From Barthelona sp. PCE (Eukaryota): 64,000 nt of DNA. The translations under genes were made by a program, and so were the position numbers. Location of the stretch: the NCBI GenBank assembly GCA_040285745.1, contig JAUFOR010000001.1, forward strand, positions 558,001 to 622,000. Reading direction: 5' to 3'. Shown piece after piece: positions 40,972 through 50,747 of this stretch (the stretch's first letter is position 1; every line of letters begins with the position of its first letter). Below the pieces are notes generated by a model. The model saw only the letters and a program-made list of their open reading frames with translations, searched no databases and had not been told where the DNA came from.

Positions 40972-43347
40972 TCACTTCAGTAAACCATCCAAGGTGTAGG
41001 ATAGAGGATAATAGCAATTGAAATCCATTTGACAATAATCAATCTTTGATCGACGATCATTGGTATACCTGTGCTTCAATTCTCTTCTATTAGGCAAACT
41101 GTAATCTGGCATGTGATATTCAAAGATGTCTGCCTCAGCCAGGAAGGTGGGAAGGTGGAACGTTTCTATTACTGTATTCGTTTTCAAAACAATCGACTTA
41201 GTTTCAGCGTTGTATTCTGCTGATTGTTCAGTATTTTTGGATTGATATTCGTTGTCAATGTGTATACAGTCATTATTAGAGGTCTCAATAGAACCGTTAA
41301 CAATTGACACTTCAACGATACGTTGGTCAACTTGAAGGTGCGAGCCGCAAATGAAATCCTGAAAACTGTTACCTTGCAATACTTCCCCATTTTTCCTATA
41401 TTTGAAAAGCAAAACAGGTTCTAAAAAGCACTCATTTGCCCAGTCTAAACAGTAAAGATATTGTACTCTACACTTTTTGATTTTTGAATGCAAAACAAAG
41501 ATCTGGTGATCATTGGCGGTATCAACCAATGAGGAAGGATTAAAACTAATTTTTGAGTTTTTTCTTTCCAAAGAAATATACTTCAGAATCTCTACTTCAT
41601 CACCAATGTGTAATTTAAATTTTAAAAAATGTATTGAATCCGAACAATATATACAAGCAGTATTTTCAGTGTTTGAACTGTATACAATACTCTCTCTCAT
41701 CGTCTTCGAAAGTTCTACAATCATTGTTCTACCTAGAAATACTTGGCATCTCCCATTAACGCTGTTATAAGTAAGTGGAATACCTTGAACCATTTTAACA
41801 AATTTGAAGCCTGGTAATATAGTTACTATAGGACTGGAAGAGTCTTGCCAGTGAATTTTAACCATATCTTGCAACTTTTTTCCACTGTATCTTTCTGCTA
41901 ATACAAAAAAATTGCCTTCTGTAGCTGTATGCGTTGATTTAATTTTGTATTTCAATTCCCCTTCTTGGATCACGTTGTTGCAGCTCCTGGTCCTGAGTAT
42001 GATGACTTTCTGTTCTTTTAAGTAAAAGTAATAGGGTACTTGCTCGTTAAAACAAACTATACCATCATAACTGATGTTCTTCGGCAAGAGGTTCTTCAAC
42101 CGTATCACATTGCTATTCATGCTCTTGAACCTAATTCGACCAAAAGTATTATTCATATTAATATAACTGCTGTAACAAACACAATCTTCATCAAAAAATG
42201 AATTTTCTAAGTCAACATGTTTTATAGATTCACAACAAAGACTTCTTAAACTAACAACCATCTTTCCAGAAGATTCCTTTAATATACCATTTTCAATATG
42301 AACTATAGTACACACTTTTTTCCTCCAAAAAATTATTGATAAAACATCTTGTGTCAGTGTCAGTAAGCAAAAATCGGAAATCATGTTGTTATTCAAGTCT
42401 CGCAGTTGTGGGAATCTTTCCATCAATTCAACACGATTTCGTTGACGATCGAAAATTGTTAAAGTTGAAATTTGATGTGATGCAGTTCCAGACGAAAGAT
42501 TAGCAAAACATATACAATCAGCATTATGACAAAGATAAACTTTTTGACCGATAACATCCAACTGTTCGATGTCCGGTTCATGAGTTACATCCATGTCATC
42601 CACAGAGAAATTATAGTGGTACAAATTACTACCGTTTCTCAACATAACAAATCTAGCATCGCACAAAACTGGTCTGTAACATCCAATAAGCCTATGCTGC
42701 TCAGTCAACATATTAAAAAGAAAACATCTATTACTCCCAAAAAAATGTAAAAAAAGATGGTTTTCATCCAATACTTCGAATTGGTACTCTAAATCATTAT
42801 TATCAAGGGATAAATCTGAAGGTATGGTAACCTTCCTAGTTGTGTGTTCATCACTAACGAATTCATTAAACATTAAGACTTCCAGCTCATCAGTCTCCTC
42901 ATCAAGCCTCTTTTCGCATTCCTCTATCTTCTTTTGAATCGCTTCTTGATGTTCCTGTTGTTCAAGCTGTTCTTTTTCAAATTCTAGGAAAGACAGCTCA
43001 TATTCTATACCAGACAGCTCAGATTCTAGGAAAGACAGCTCATATTTGATCATTAATCTGTTGCTAAACGTTCCTAATTTAAGGTATTTTCCCGTTCCTG
43101 TCGCTTTTTTATGGGTGTATTTAAGAGCCAAATCTTCAACACGCATAATAAAATCTTTTTCTTCAATGCAATTTTGAACAAGATGATTGATTGTCTCCCC
43201 ATATCCATATAATTTAAGGCCTTGCCCTTCAAATACCATCTTACCCTCGGGATATGATTTGATAGCCAAGTTATCCATGTGAATGAGGTGAGAAACAAAA
43301 TAACACCTATTTTCATGTGTATTGTAGAATAGTGCTTCATATGCCAT
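40972..43347 (-). CDS. Lineage-specific 791-aa protein with an N-terminal coiled-coil insert; probable distant member of the 8844-15238 family
   Basis: Long ATG ORF; FLFNMLT and C-terminal FHLPTFLAEADIF resemble family motifs. Confidence 0.7.
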   Translation of the reverse strand: MAYEALFYNTHENRCYFVSHLIHMDNLAIKSYPEGKMVFEGQGLKLYGYGETINHLVQNCIEEKDFIMRVEDLALKYTHKKATGTGKYLKLGTFSNRLMIKYELSFLESELSGIEYELSFLEFEKEQLEQQEHQEAIQKKIEECEKRLDEETDELEVLMFNEFVSDEHTTRKVTIPSDLSLDNNDLEYQFEVLDENHLFLHFFGSNRCFLFNMLTEQHRLIGCYRPVLCDARFVMLRNGSNLYHYNFSVDDMDVTHEPDIEQLDVIGQKVYLCHNADCICFANLSSGTASHQISTLTIFDRQRNRVELMERFPQLRDLNNNMISDFCLLTLTQDVLSIIFWRKKVCTIVHIENGILKESSGKMVVSLRSLCCESIKHVDLENSFFDEDCVCYSSYINMNNTFGRIRFKSMNSNVIRLKNLLPKNISYDGIVCFNEQVPYYFYLKEQKVIILRTRSCNNVIQEGELKYKIKSTHTATEGNFFVLAERYSGKKLQDMVKIHWQDSSSPIVTILPGFKFVKMVQGIPLTYNSVNGRCQVFLGRTMIVELSKTMRESIVYSSNTENTACIYCSDSIHFLKFKLHIGDEVEILKYISLERKNSKISFNPSSLVDTANDHQIFVLHSKIKKCRVQYLYCLDWANECFLEPVLLFKYRKNGEVLQGNSFQDFICGSHLQVDQRIVEVSIVNGSIETSNNDCIHIDNEYQSKNTEQSAEYNAETKSIVLKTNTVIETFHLPTFLAEADIFEYHMPDYSLPNRRELKHRYTNDRRSKIDYCQMDFNCYYPLSYTLDGLLK
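42981..43046. repeat. Three tandem 21-bp units encoding heptads (YELSFLE-SELSGIE-YELSFLE)
   Basis: ATTCTAGGAAAGACAGCTCAT / ATTCTATACCAGACAGCTCAG / ATTCTAGGAAAGACAGCTCAT. Confidence 0.9.
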
Positions 43348-43578
43348 GCTGTTGCTATTTTATGTGGGTTTTAGATAACTAAATGGTTCTAACTTGATGT
43401 GAATTCTATTTGGTTAATTGGTTCATAATTTCCATTCAGTTCAACAGCTTTTTAAGGTGCATTCCAGGTGAAAAAACATCTTTTCGGTCTCAAAGGAGCA
43501 TTTATTCAGTGAAATTAATGTTGAAGAACCAAATATTATGTAACTGTTTTAATCACCCTTTTCCGCTGATTACATACA

Positions 43579-45273
43579 ATGGGTATTCCCAGATTCTTAC
43601 CTTACCTCATAGAGACTTTTCCCGCCTGTATCATTAGCAGACGTGAACAAAAACTTAAATTCGACTTCTTGCTGCTTGACTGCGATTCTTTTCCAAATCG
43701 TGCACGCAATTGCATGAGAACCCTGGAAAGTACTGAGAATCATATGTTCAAAATGATGCTAGGTTCAATAACTGAACACAACATCCTTACGGGAACATTT
43801 TTCCTTCTCGACGGCACTCGGTCATCACTAAACGATGCCAAAATAATGTCTCGGCGCTTCCGCCGCAACCTTGACAGGATGTATTGTTTCATGCACCAGA
43901 TAAACAATGATGATTACAGCGACAGCCTTGATCTCGGGCACTTAATCTCTTCAACAGGAGTTTATACAACATCTTTCAATGCGGCTTTCAACCGAGCAAT
44001 CAACCTCGTACTGCAGATTATCCTGTCATGGGGAAAGATCGGCGCTATCGCCAATGGAGCATTGGGGATAGAGCACAAAATGGAAAAAATCATTACGTAC
44101 TGTCGTAATGCTAAACCTGACTCTAAAATTCTAATTACCACACCAGATACTGATGCGGTGGTGCTTATGCTTGGTCTCAACGTTAAAAACACTTATGTAA
44201 GCGTTGTCCAAAAACACCGGCGTGCAATAATTGATATTGATCACCTCAGAGAAGAAATGAACCGTGCATACTTCAACTGGCGCAACATTATTATTGTCAA
44301 CAGTCTTGTAACGAGAAACTACTGTTTTGCTATCATGGATCAGTTGCAATGGCGTGATGCAATGAAGTATATAGGCGAAAACAAGCTCAGTCTGATGGAT
44401 AACGACGGTGAACTTGACCATGCTGCTTTGAAGTGCGTTCTTGCCGAATTTGTAGTAGTTGATACCGACGAAAGTACTAATGAGGTGGTTTCGATCGCAG
44501 AGGAGGACCTTGCCTTCGCTACTCAGTACTGGAAGGACTTCTGTGTCACTGTTGGATCATTCATGTACGGTGCACCTGAAACGTTGCAACAGCCAACTAT
44601 AATTGAGAAACTCACACCTCTTCAGCGCAAGCTGGTCATTGAGCAGCTTGATATGGCTGATCTAACACTTCAACAACCGCTATTCAGTGATATTGAGATC
44701 GAAATTAAAAATGCAAAACAGTACACACTTGCTTCGCGCCTCCTTCTCTTTCCGTTTAATGTATGGCAATATATGCTTCCCGAGCATGTATATCTTGCAG
44801 TAGTTGATGCTCTTGAAGCCAACGACCTCATACAAGTCCTCACAAGTCGTATGCCAACAGACGAGCAAGTTGCTGCATTCATTGACGAACGCAACAAAGT
44901 TCTTGACTACAATGCAACTCTTGAAAGAAAAGAAGATCAAATTAGGTATGATTACCCGGAATATGACTGGTTCTTTTCAGATGAAGAGGATGAAAGTGAG
45001 CTCATCAATGTTCTTGATCCAATTCTAAAGGCTCATGATTGCTTCGGGCCTTATATCTTCGATGCCTCTAATATGAAGACTAACACGGTCGACAATCCAT
45101 TCTTGCAAGTGTTTATAGCAGCTGATTCAGAAAAAATGGATTTAATCAAGCATAATTCCGAAACATATCCCAGTATGATTCAAACGAAGCATTCCTCGTT
45201 CTGGAACAGGTGTGAGGAGATATACTACCACCGTTATTCTCATAGTTTTGCTTCTGCTGACGAAATTTTCTGA
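43579..45273 (+). CDS. Divergent XRN-family 5'-3' exoribonuclease-like protein (catalytic-domain size only)
   Basis: MGIPRFLPYL..FP, FDFLLLDCDS, LDG..AKIMSRRFR, EHKM, PDTDAVVLML match XRN N-terminal motifs. Confidence 0.8.
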   Translation: MGIPRFLPYLIETFPACIISRREQKLKFDFLLLDCDSFPNRARNCMRTLESTENHMFKMMLGSITEHNILTGTFFLLDGTRSSLNDAKIMSRRFRRNLDRMYCFMHQINNDDYSDSLDLGHLISSTGVYTTSFNAAFNRAINLVLQIILSWGKIGAIANGALGIEHKMEKIITYCRNAKPDSKILITTPDTDAVVLMLGLNVKNTYVSVVQKHRRAIIDIDHLREEMNRAYFNWRNIIIVNSLVTRNYCFAIMDQLQWRDAMKYIGENKLSLMDNDGELDHAALKCVLAEFVVVDTDESTNEVVSIAEEDLAFATQYWKDFCVTVGSFMYGAPETLQQPTIIEKLTPLQRKLVIEQLDMADLTLQQPLFSDIEIEIKNAKQYTLASRLLLFPFNVWQYMLPEHVYLAVVDALEANDLIQVLTSRMPTDEQVAAFIDERNKVLDYNATLERKEDQIRYDYPEYDWFFSDEEDESELINVLDPILKAHDCFGPYIFDASNMKTNTVDNPFLQVFIAADSEKMDLIKHNSETYPSMIQTKHSSFWNRCEEIYYHRYSHSFASADEIF

Positions 45274-45530
45274 GCAAAAGAATAAAAATTCTCCCCATCA
45301 TTTGTTTTCAATAACTATATATATATATAGGGTGTAATTAGCCCCAAAAACAGCCCCATTTGTGACCAAATATGAAAAGTAGATGAAGAAGTACGGAAAA
45401 TAAAAGCAACAAAAATATCATGCTATGCTGGAGGATGATGATTCGACCAGACTGCTATAAATACAGCAGAGCCAAAACTCACTTAGCGTCAACCATATAG
45501 ACACAAAATTGCTGTTTTTTCCACCCCATT

Positions 45531-45603
45531 AGGGAAGAACGCGTGCCTACTCCTCCAGTAAATTTACTCCTACGAAATAGCGTGTTATTCACAAGCGTGC
45601 CTT
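45531..45603 (+). repeat. Copy 2 of the ~72-bp direct repeat
   Basis: Near-identical to 40418-40489. Confidence 0.95.
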
Positions 45604-46935
45604 TTATTAAACTTAAAGACAAAAAACGAAATGAAAATATTTCTCCCAAAACTCATTACAAAATAAATTTAAACCTGCTTTTCGTTTTTAATGAGGCCCA
45701 AAATGATGTTTGACCAATTTGATAGTGGATTATAGAACATTACGCATTTTCTGAAAAAAATGGAAATAAAAACTTGCAGAAGCTACAAGTACATCGTTAA
45801 TCATCAAAATTTTTATCATTTATCCTATACAACAAATGCATTGATACTAAAAAAGTTGTGGAAGCAAAAAGGAAAGACTTACAACTCATTGCAGAGTTCC
45901 AATCTGACAACAACCATCAGTTTTCAACGAAATAAGAATGTAAGATAGATCGTACGCTTGCGTAAGTCTTTAAAGCTTGGAAATGAATATCAAAAATTCG
46001 CAGGTTACATTTGATATTCGCTTATTTTTGAAATAACCGCTTAAATAGCATCCTTAATCCATTGTATACTTGTAAAACCGGTTTAAATTGTTAAAAAATG
46101 TTAAAGCAATGAGAAAAATTTTTAACTCAAACCAAACAACTTTCTTCCACGTTATTACCCCCTAACATTGATTTTTGATTATTTTATACAGTTAAAACAT
46201 CATTCTTTTCTCAAAAAATGGAATACAAAGTAAAGAATCCTAAAATCATTGTCAATATCACAATAGTAAGGATATTTAGGTACTTTTAACCTTCGTAACA
46301 ATAAGATAATGAAGTTTTGTGTGCTAGAAGACTGTAAAGATAAAAGATATCACAACATAAAATACAACAAATTCCGTTGCTCAATCTATTGAATCAAAAC
46401 AAATGTTAATAACTCAGTCAAGTAAAGTCTTCTATCAGCACGTTGAGCTTTTTCCAATAAAACTATGATGCTTATGCTTGAAAAACATATGCCGGCAACA
46501 CCAAGAATAATTTGACAAATTGTCCATTTAAAGCAATTTCCATTGTTTTTTTACTTCCCCTAATGTTTTTTTCTCCTTTATTTTTAATGAAATTAAAGTT
46601 TGGAAAAAAAATTTTTCTAAAAAAAAATGCATTTAACCTTTTATAACGATTTTAGATTAATTATTTATTAGCACATAAAATTTTAATCACGAATTTAATC
46701 CTAATTATTATAAAATAATTCCTCAAATCTTTAAAGAATTAGATATTTTTATTACAAAATTTTCAATCAAATATGATGATTTTCTTCCAGAGTCTCATCC
46801 ATGTTAACGGGTAATAAAGGAAAGTAATCAGATTCTTTACAGAGATCTAAGTTCGGATATGGTGCCGCATACGGGCTACCTTCTTCAGAGTTTGGAAGTC
46901 CATACAACTGAAAAATAGTAGTATTTCAATTACTA

Positions 46936-47053
46936 AATAATACAATAAAATAAATAGGAAACCTTAAAATGGTGAGAAATTGAAATACACCCGCATACGT
47001 TCTATTCCATTCTCTGTTCAAAATCAATTACAGGATCATCCTGATCAGGACCA
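46936..47053 (-). repeat. Right copy of the 118-bp inverted repeat
   Basis: Reverse complement of 40147-40264, about 95% identical. Confidence 0.95.
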
Positions 47054-47179
47054 GAAAATTTTTTTTTAGATCCTAAGTTCAAATCTGTAGAGGTGTATTT
47101 TTTCGGATTGCGCATAGTCGATTGGAATGGTAATATTTTTTACAAATATGTGTTTTCTTTTGTTCATTTCCGCTAACAA

Positions 47180-47251
47180 GCACCTGTAGTATAATGGTCA
47201 TTACATAAGACTCTGAATCTTGAAACCCGAGTTCAATTCTCGGCAGGAGCT
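47180..47251 (+). tRNA. tRNA-Gln(CTG), with an A3:A70 acceptor-stem mismatch
   Basis: GCACCTG/CAGGAGC acceptor, TAGTATAATGG D-arm, TAAGA-CTCTGAA-TCTTG anticodon arm, CCGAG-TTCAATT-CTCGG T-arm. Confidence 0.88.
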
Positions 47252-47422
47252 TCCTTTTTAGACCAAAATTTTAAATATTGGATGAAATGATTTGAATCTC
47301 AACTTACCAATTCGTCTAATGTTTTGTTAGTATTTTTTCAAAATTTGCTCAAGACTTGTTTTGGTCTTTCAAAAATATTTGTACAGACCAAATAGACCAA
47401 AACAATAAGTGGAGGCAAAAAA

Positions 47423-47501
47423 TGATTTCGACGAGAATCGAACTCGCGCTCAAATGAACTAGAGCCTTAATCTAGCGCCTTAACCACTCGGCCACGAAAT
47501 C
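47423..47501 (-). tRNA. tRNA-Leu(AAG)
   Basis: GATTTCG/CGAAATC acceptor, TGGCCGAGTGGTTAAGGC D-arm, CTAGA-TTAAGGC-TCTAG anticodon arm, short variable arm, GTTCGATTC. Confidence 0.93.
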
Positions 47502-48680
47502 TTCGGAAAACTAGTTAAAAAAGTGTTTATATTAAATCTATGTCCGGCAGACAAAAAGCCCTGCTTAACTTTTCTCTCCGTATGTTCATTTTTCAGTATT
47601 TCTAAGCAGTTAAATCAAAACAGCTTTTAAAATTTAAACTAATGCGTACATATAAAGACGTTTTGATAATCTTGGAAACCTGCACAATCTGTTATATGTA
47701 CTAGTAGTAATTGCATACTTTTTATTCTGATATTCATAATATATGTATTTTTAATGGATACTTTTTTGAAGTTAAATTACGAAAAAAGCTGATATTGTAA
47801 AAAAAATTAGAAAATATTGATTATAAGTCATATTTTAACCTGATAAATGATTTTAAGTCACGATAAATTACTATTTAGTCAACAAAAACATTGTTAAGAT
47901 CAATTTTGTGAGATTTTGAGAAAGTTAAAGCACAGGTACAAAATTCTTCAGTTTTATTGTTTTTCAATGTGCAAAAAGGGTATAAATGTCGATAAAAAAG
48001 CCCATGCATTGCTTAAAATACTCTAGAAGCTTTTGGATCACCAAGTACTTTGCATTAAACTTTATGCTTTAATTCTTATGTAGTAATTCTGTTCATTTCC
48101 TCTTAATCGAGGGAATAATATAATAACAGTTTTTTGAACTTGATTTTCGTGCTCAAGCTTGCTTGTGAACGAGAAAGTGGTTGCCCTTCATTGCACTAAC
48201 TGTTGGCGCGGCCAAATTTTATTCCTAATGTGTTGTACATGCTTATGTATGTGTTTGTATACTTGTAAACGTTTAATGGAAGAAAATTATTGCCTCCTCA
48301 TCTTCTTGTATCCTTTCACTATTTTCAATGTTATAGTTCTGATATATTTGCATTTAATACTCTTTCAATGAATAAAAAAAGCCCTATTCATACAAAGAAA
48401 GTATTTTACTTTTTATTTATTTTTCACTTCATTTCTGTTCATACATTTCAGGCAGGCACGTATGCATATATAAAATAAGCGCTTATCATCAACATTCTAA
48501 GCTGTATCATAGCATTGGTGATGTCTTCCCCACAACTATACTTGAGTAATTTTATATCGATAATTAGTAACAACACAAGATATATTATGGCCAATATCCA
48601 CATAAAAAGTCTGTAAAAAAGCATCTACAAATTTTTGTAGTTTTCTTAGTTTGTAACACAAATATAACTCATTTCAGAGC

Positions 48681-50060
48681 ATGACAGAGATAATCCCCTT
48701 TAATCCAGGGCTTGGGGTGCTTCTCAACGGTCCGAATCTCCTTAAATGCATCTTCCTTAGGGATACCCCAATTTTCGAGTTTCCTCTCGAAGGTTCACGC
48801 AGTCATACACCCAATTCAAACGTGGTGCCCGCGTTCAGCCCATGTGGCAAGTACTTAGTTTACGCGGACGGCAGTGATGTGGTTATTATGAAAGATCTAG
48901 ATAACGAGCATTTGCGACTCTTCTTCGACGCCGACGTGACTGGATTAGCAATCAATTTCACGTCCACATATCTGGCGATCGGGTTTTCACGTTACATTAA
49001 GATTTTCCACATGGGTAAGGGAGAAATTGTCACAACATGTGACATAAGCCACAGTATCACCTCTCTCATCTTCCACCCATTCTGTTCGTTCCACGCAGTA
49101 ATAGCTGCTGGTGGGGAAAGCCTCACGGTGTGTAACATTAGCCAGAGCACCGTTCACACAGTGGAGCTTGACGGGCATATTACTTGCATAGACGCTTCCT
49201 ACCAGAAGGAGAACGTTATTGCGTTCGGAGACGTCAATGGAACAGTCACAATCATGAGGATCGACTCTATGGAAAAAAAAAAATTCCAGAGTCATATCGG
49301 TTCGGTTGTTGGTGTTTCATTCTCGCCTGTTAACCGCAGGCTGCTGATATCAGCTGGAGAGGACGGTAACATCTTCATGTACGATTTAAATAGGATGATC
49401 AAGCTGAACGCAGCAATTGTTGTTGGAGCCATGAAAAGTTGCAAGTTTTCATCGGACGGACACGTTCTGGGTTTCATCCTTGACGAGGGCGTGTTCGAGA
49501 CGCGTGACTTGAAGAACAGCTCGGTGCCCAGAGATCGATTCGTTGTGGATGATGAGCTTGCAGGAATACAGTGGCAATTTCCTCCCGCGGAAGATACGCA
49601 GTACACGTCTGTCATCGAGGGGACGCGCATATACACCCGCAAGGCCAACGAGGCACGTAAGAGAGAAGGGATTAAGAATGAAATTGACGCTGCAACGCAG
49701 AGGGAATTACCTGTTATTGATACGCATGGCGGTGAAAAAGCAACTGAAAACGAGGAAAAAGACGTTGAATATGGTGAACCCGAGGTGGTTGGAGAGAGAA
49801 CACCCATGGTGCAGCAAACAAAAAGAAAAATTTTTGATCATGATGAGGATGAGTCTAAGGTGGCTGAGGAACTACTTCACCCCACAGAATATGCATCCTT
49901 TAACACGCAGCAGATGGTTTTAGATGCGATAAGTGGATTGCATTCAGATTTCATACGGAGGTTTGCAGCTCTTGATTCTAAACTTGATTCATTCGCATCT
50001 TCAGTGAATAGCAGACTCAGCAGTATTGAGGAGAAGCTTAAAACAAATGCATTATTGTAA
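48681..50060 (+). CDS. WD40 protein with C-terminal coiled coil, NEDD1/GCP-WD-like
   Basis: FSPVNRRLLISAGEDGNIFMYD blade, FSSDGH, C-terminal helical region LHSDFIRRF. Confidence 0.6.
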   Translation: MTEIIPFNPGLGVLLNGPNLLKCIFLRDTPIFEFPLEGSRSHTPNSNVVPAFSPCGKYLVYADGSDVVIMKDLDNEHLRLFFDADVTGLAINFTSTYLAIGFSRYIKIFHMGKGEIVTTCDISHSITSLIFHPFCSFHAVIAAGGESLTVCNISQSTVHTVELDGHITCIDASYQKENVIAFGDVNGTVTIMRIDSMEKKKFQSHIGSVVGVSFSPVNRRLLISAGEDGNIFMYDLNRMIKLNAAIVVGAMKSCKFSSDGHVLGFILDEGVFETRDLKNSSVPRDRFVVDDELAGIQWQFPPAEDTQYTSVIEGTRIYTRKANEARKREGIKNEIDAATQRELPVIDTHGGEKATENEEKDVEYGEPEVVGERTPMVQQTKRKIFDHDEDESKVAEELLHPTEYASFNTQQMVLDAISGLHSDFIRRFAALDSKLDSFASSVNSRLSSIEEKLKTNALL

Positions 50061-50109
50061 ATAATTCAGCTAAGCGTTTTTTTCGTTTTTCTTTAATTTA
50101 ACCATAGTT

Positions 50110-50742
50110 ATGAGTTTGTTTACCATTCTTCCTTCGATGGCGGGCAAGAAGATCATCCTTGCAAGTGGATCTCCACGCAGAAAGCAGATGTTTGATGAAG
50201 TTTTGCGCATCTCTGGTTTATACATGCAGATTCCATCCAAATTCGATGAAGATGCGGTGGACGTCAACGCATATGCAATTGAGGAGTACACTAAAATGCT
50301 TGCTCAGGGTAAGGCAGAGTATGTTGTTAATGATCTTCGAAATGAGGGTACAGAGTTCGATTACGTCATTGGCTGCGACACAATGGTTGTTTTCGATCAC
50401 CACAAACTCGGAAAACCGAAGACAGACGAGAAAGCTCTTGAGATGCTCAGCCTTCTCAGCGGTCGAGATCACGAGGTTATTTCAGGTGTGAGTATCTTCC
50501 CAGCTGAGGGAGAACCCATAACCTTCACTGAGTCCACACGTGTGTTCTTCAAGGACCTCACTGTTGAAGAGATTCAGAATTATGTTGACTCAAAAGAGCC
50601 CCATGATAAGGCTGGAGGTTATGGTATTCAAGGTCTTGGTGGAATTTTCATTGAAAAGATCGAAGGATGCTTCTATAACGTTATGGGATTCCCAATCCAT
50701 CGCTTTTATGATCAATTACGTGTTAGTTTTAGTGAACAATAG
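50110..50742 (+). CDS. maf: Maf/YhdE-type nucleoside triphosphate pyrophosphatase (dTTP/UTP)
   Basis: IILASGSPRR, VIGCDT, LGKP, LSGRDHEVISG, DKAGGYGIQG, NVMGFP. Confidence 0.93.
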   Translation: MSLFTILPSMAGKKIILASGSPRRKQMFDEVLRISGLYMQIPSKFDEDAVDVNAYAIEEYTKMLAQGKAEYVVNDLRNEGTEFDYVIGCDTMVVFDHHKLGKPKTDEKALEMLSLLSGRDHEVISGVSIFPAEGEPITFTESTRVFFKDLTVEEIQNYVDSKEPHDKAGGYGIQGLGGIFIEKIEGCFYNVMGFPIHRFYDQLRVSFSEQ

Positions 50743-50747
50743 GCTAT

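Larger units (their letters stand above)
40147..47053. mobile_element. Putative non-autonomous, cargo-carrying element or invertible cassette bounded by inverted repeats
   Basis: 118-bp inverted repeats, inner 72-bp direct repeats, two cargo genes; no transposase and no clear target-site duplication. Confidence 0.4.

Noticed and set aside
40418-45603. Direct repeats as LTRs or a CRISPR-like array
   Set aside because: Only two short copies 5 kb apart; no TG..CA ends, gag/pol genes, spacers or cas genes.
45597-45612. GCCTTTTAT resembling U5 snRNA loop I
   Set aside because: The flanks do not form the closing stem.
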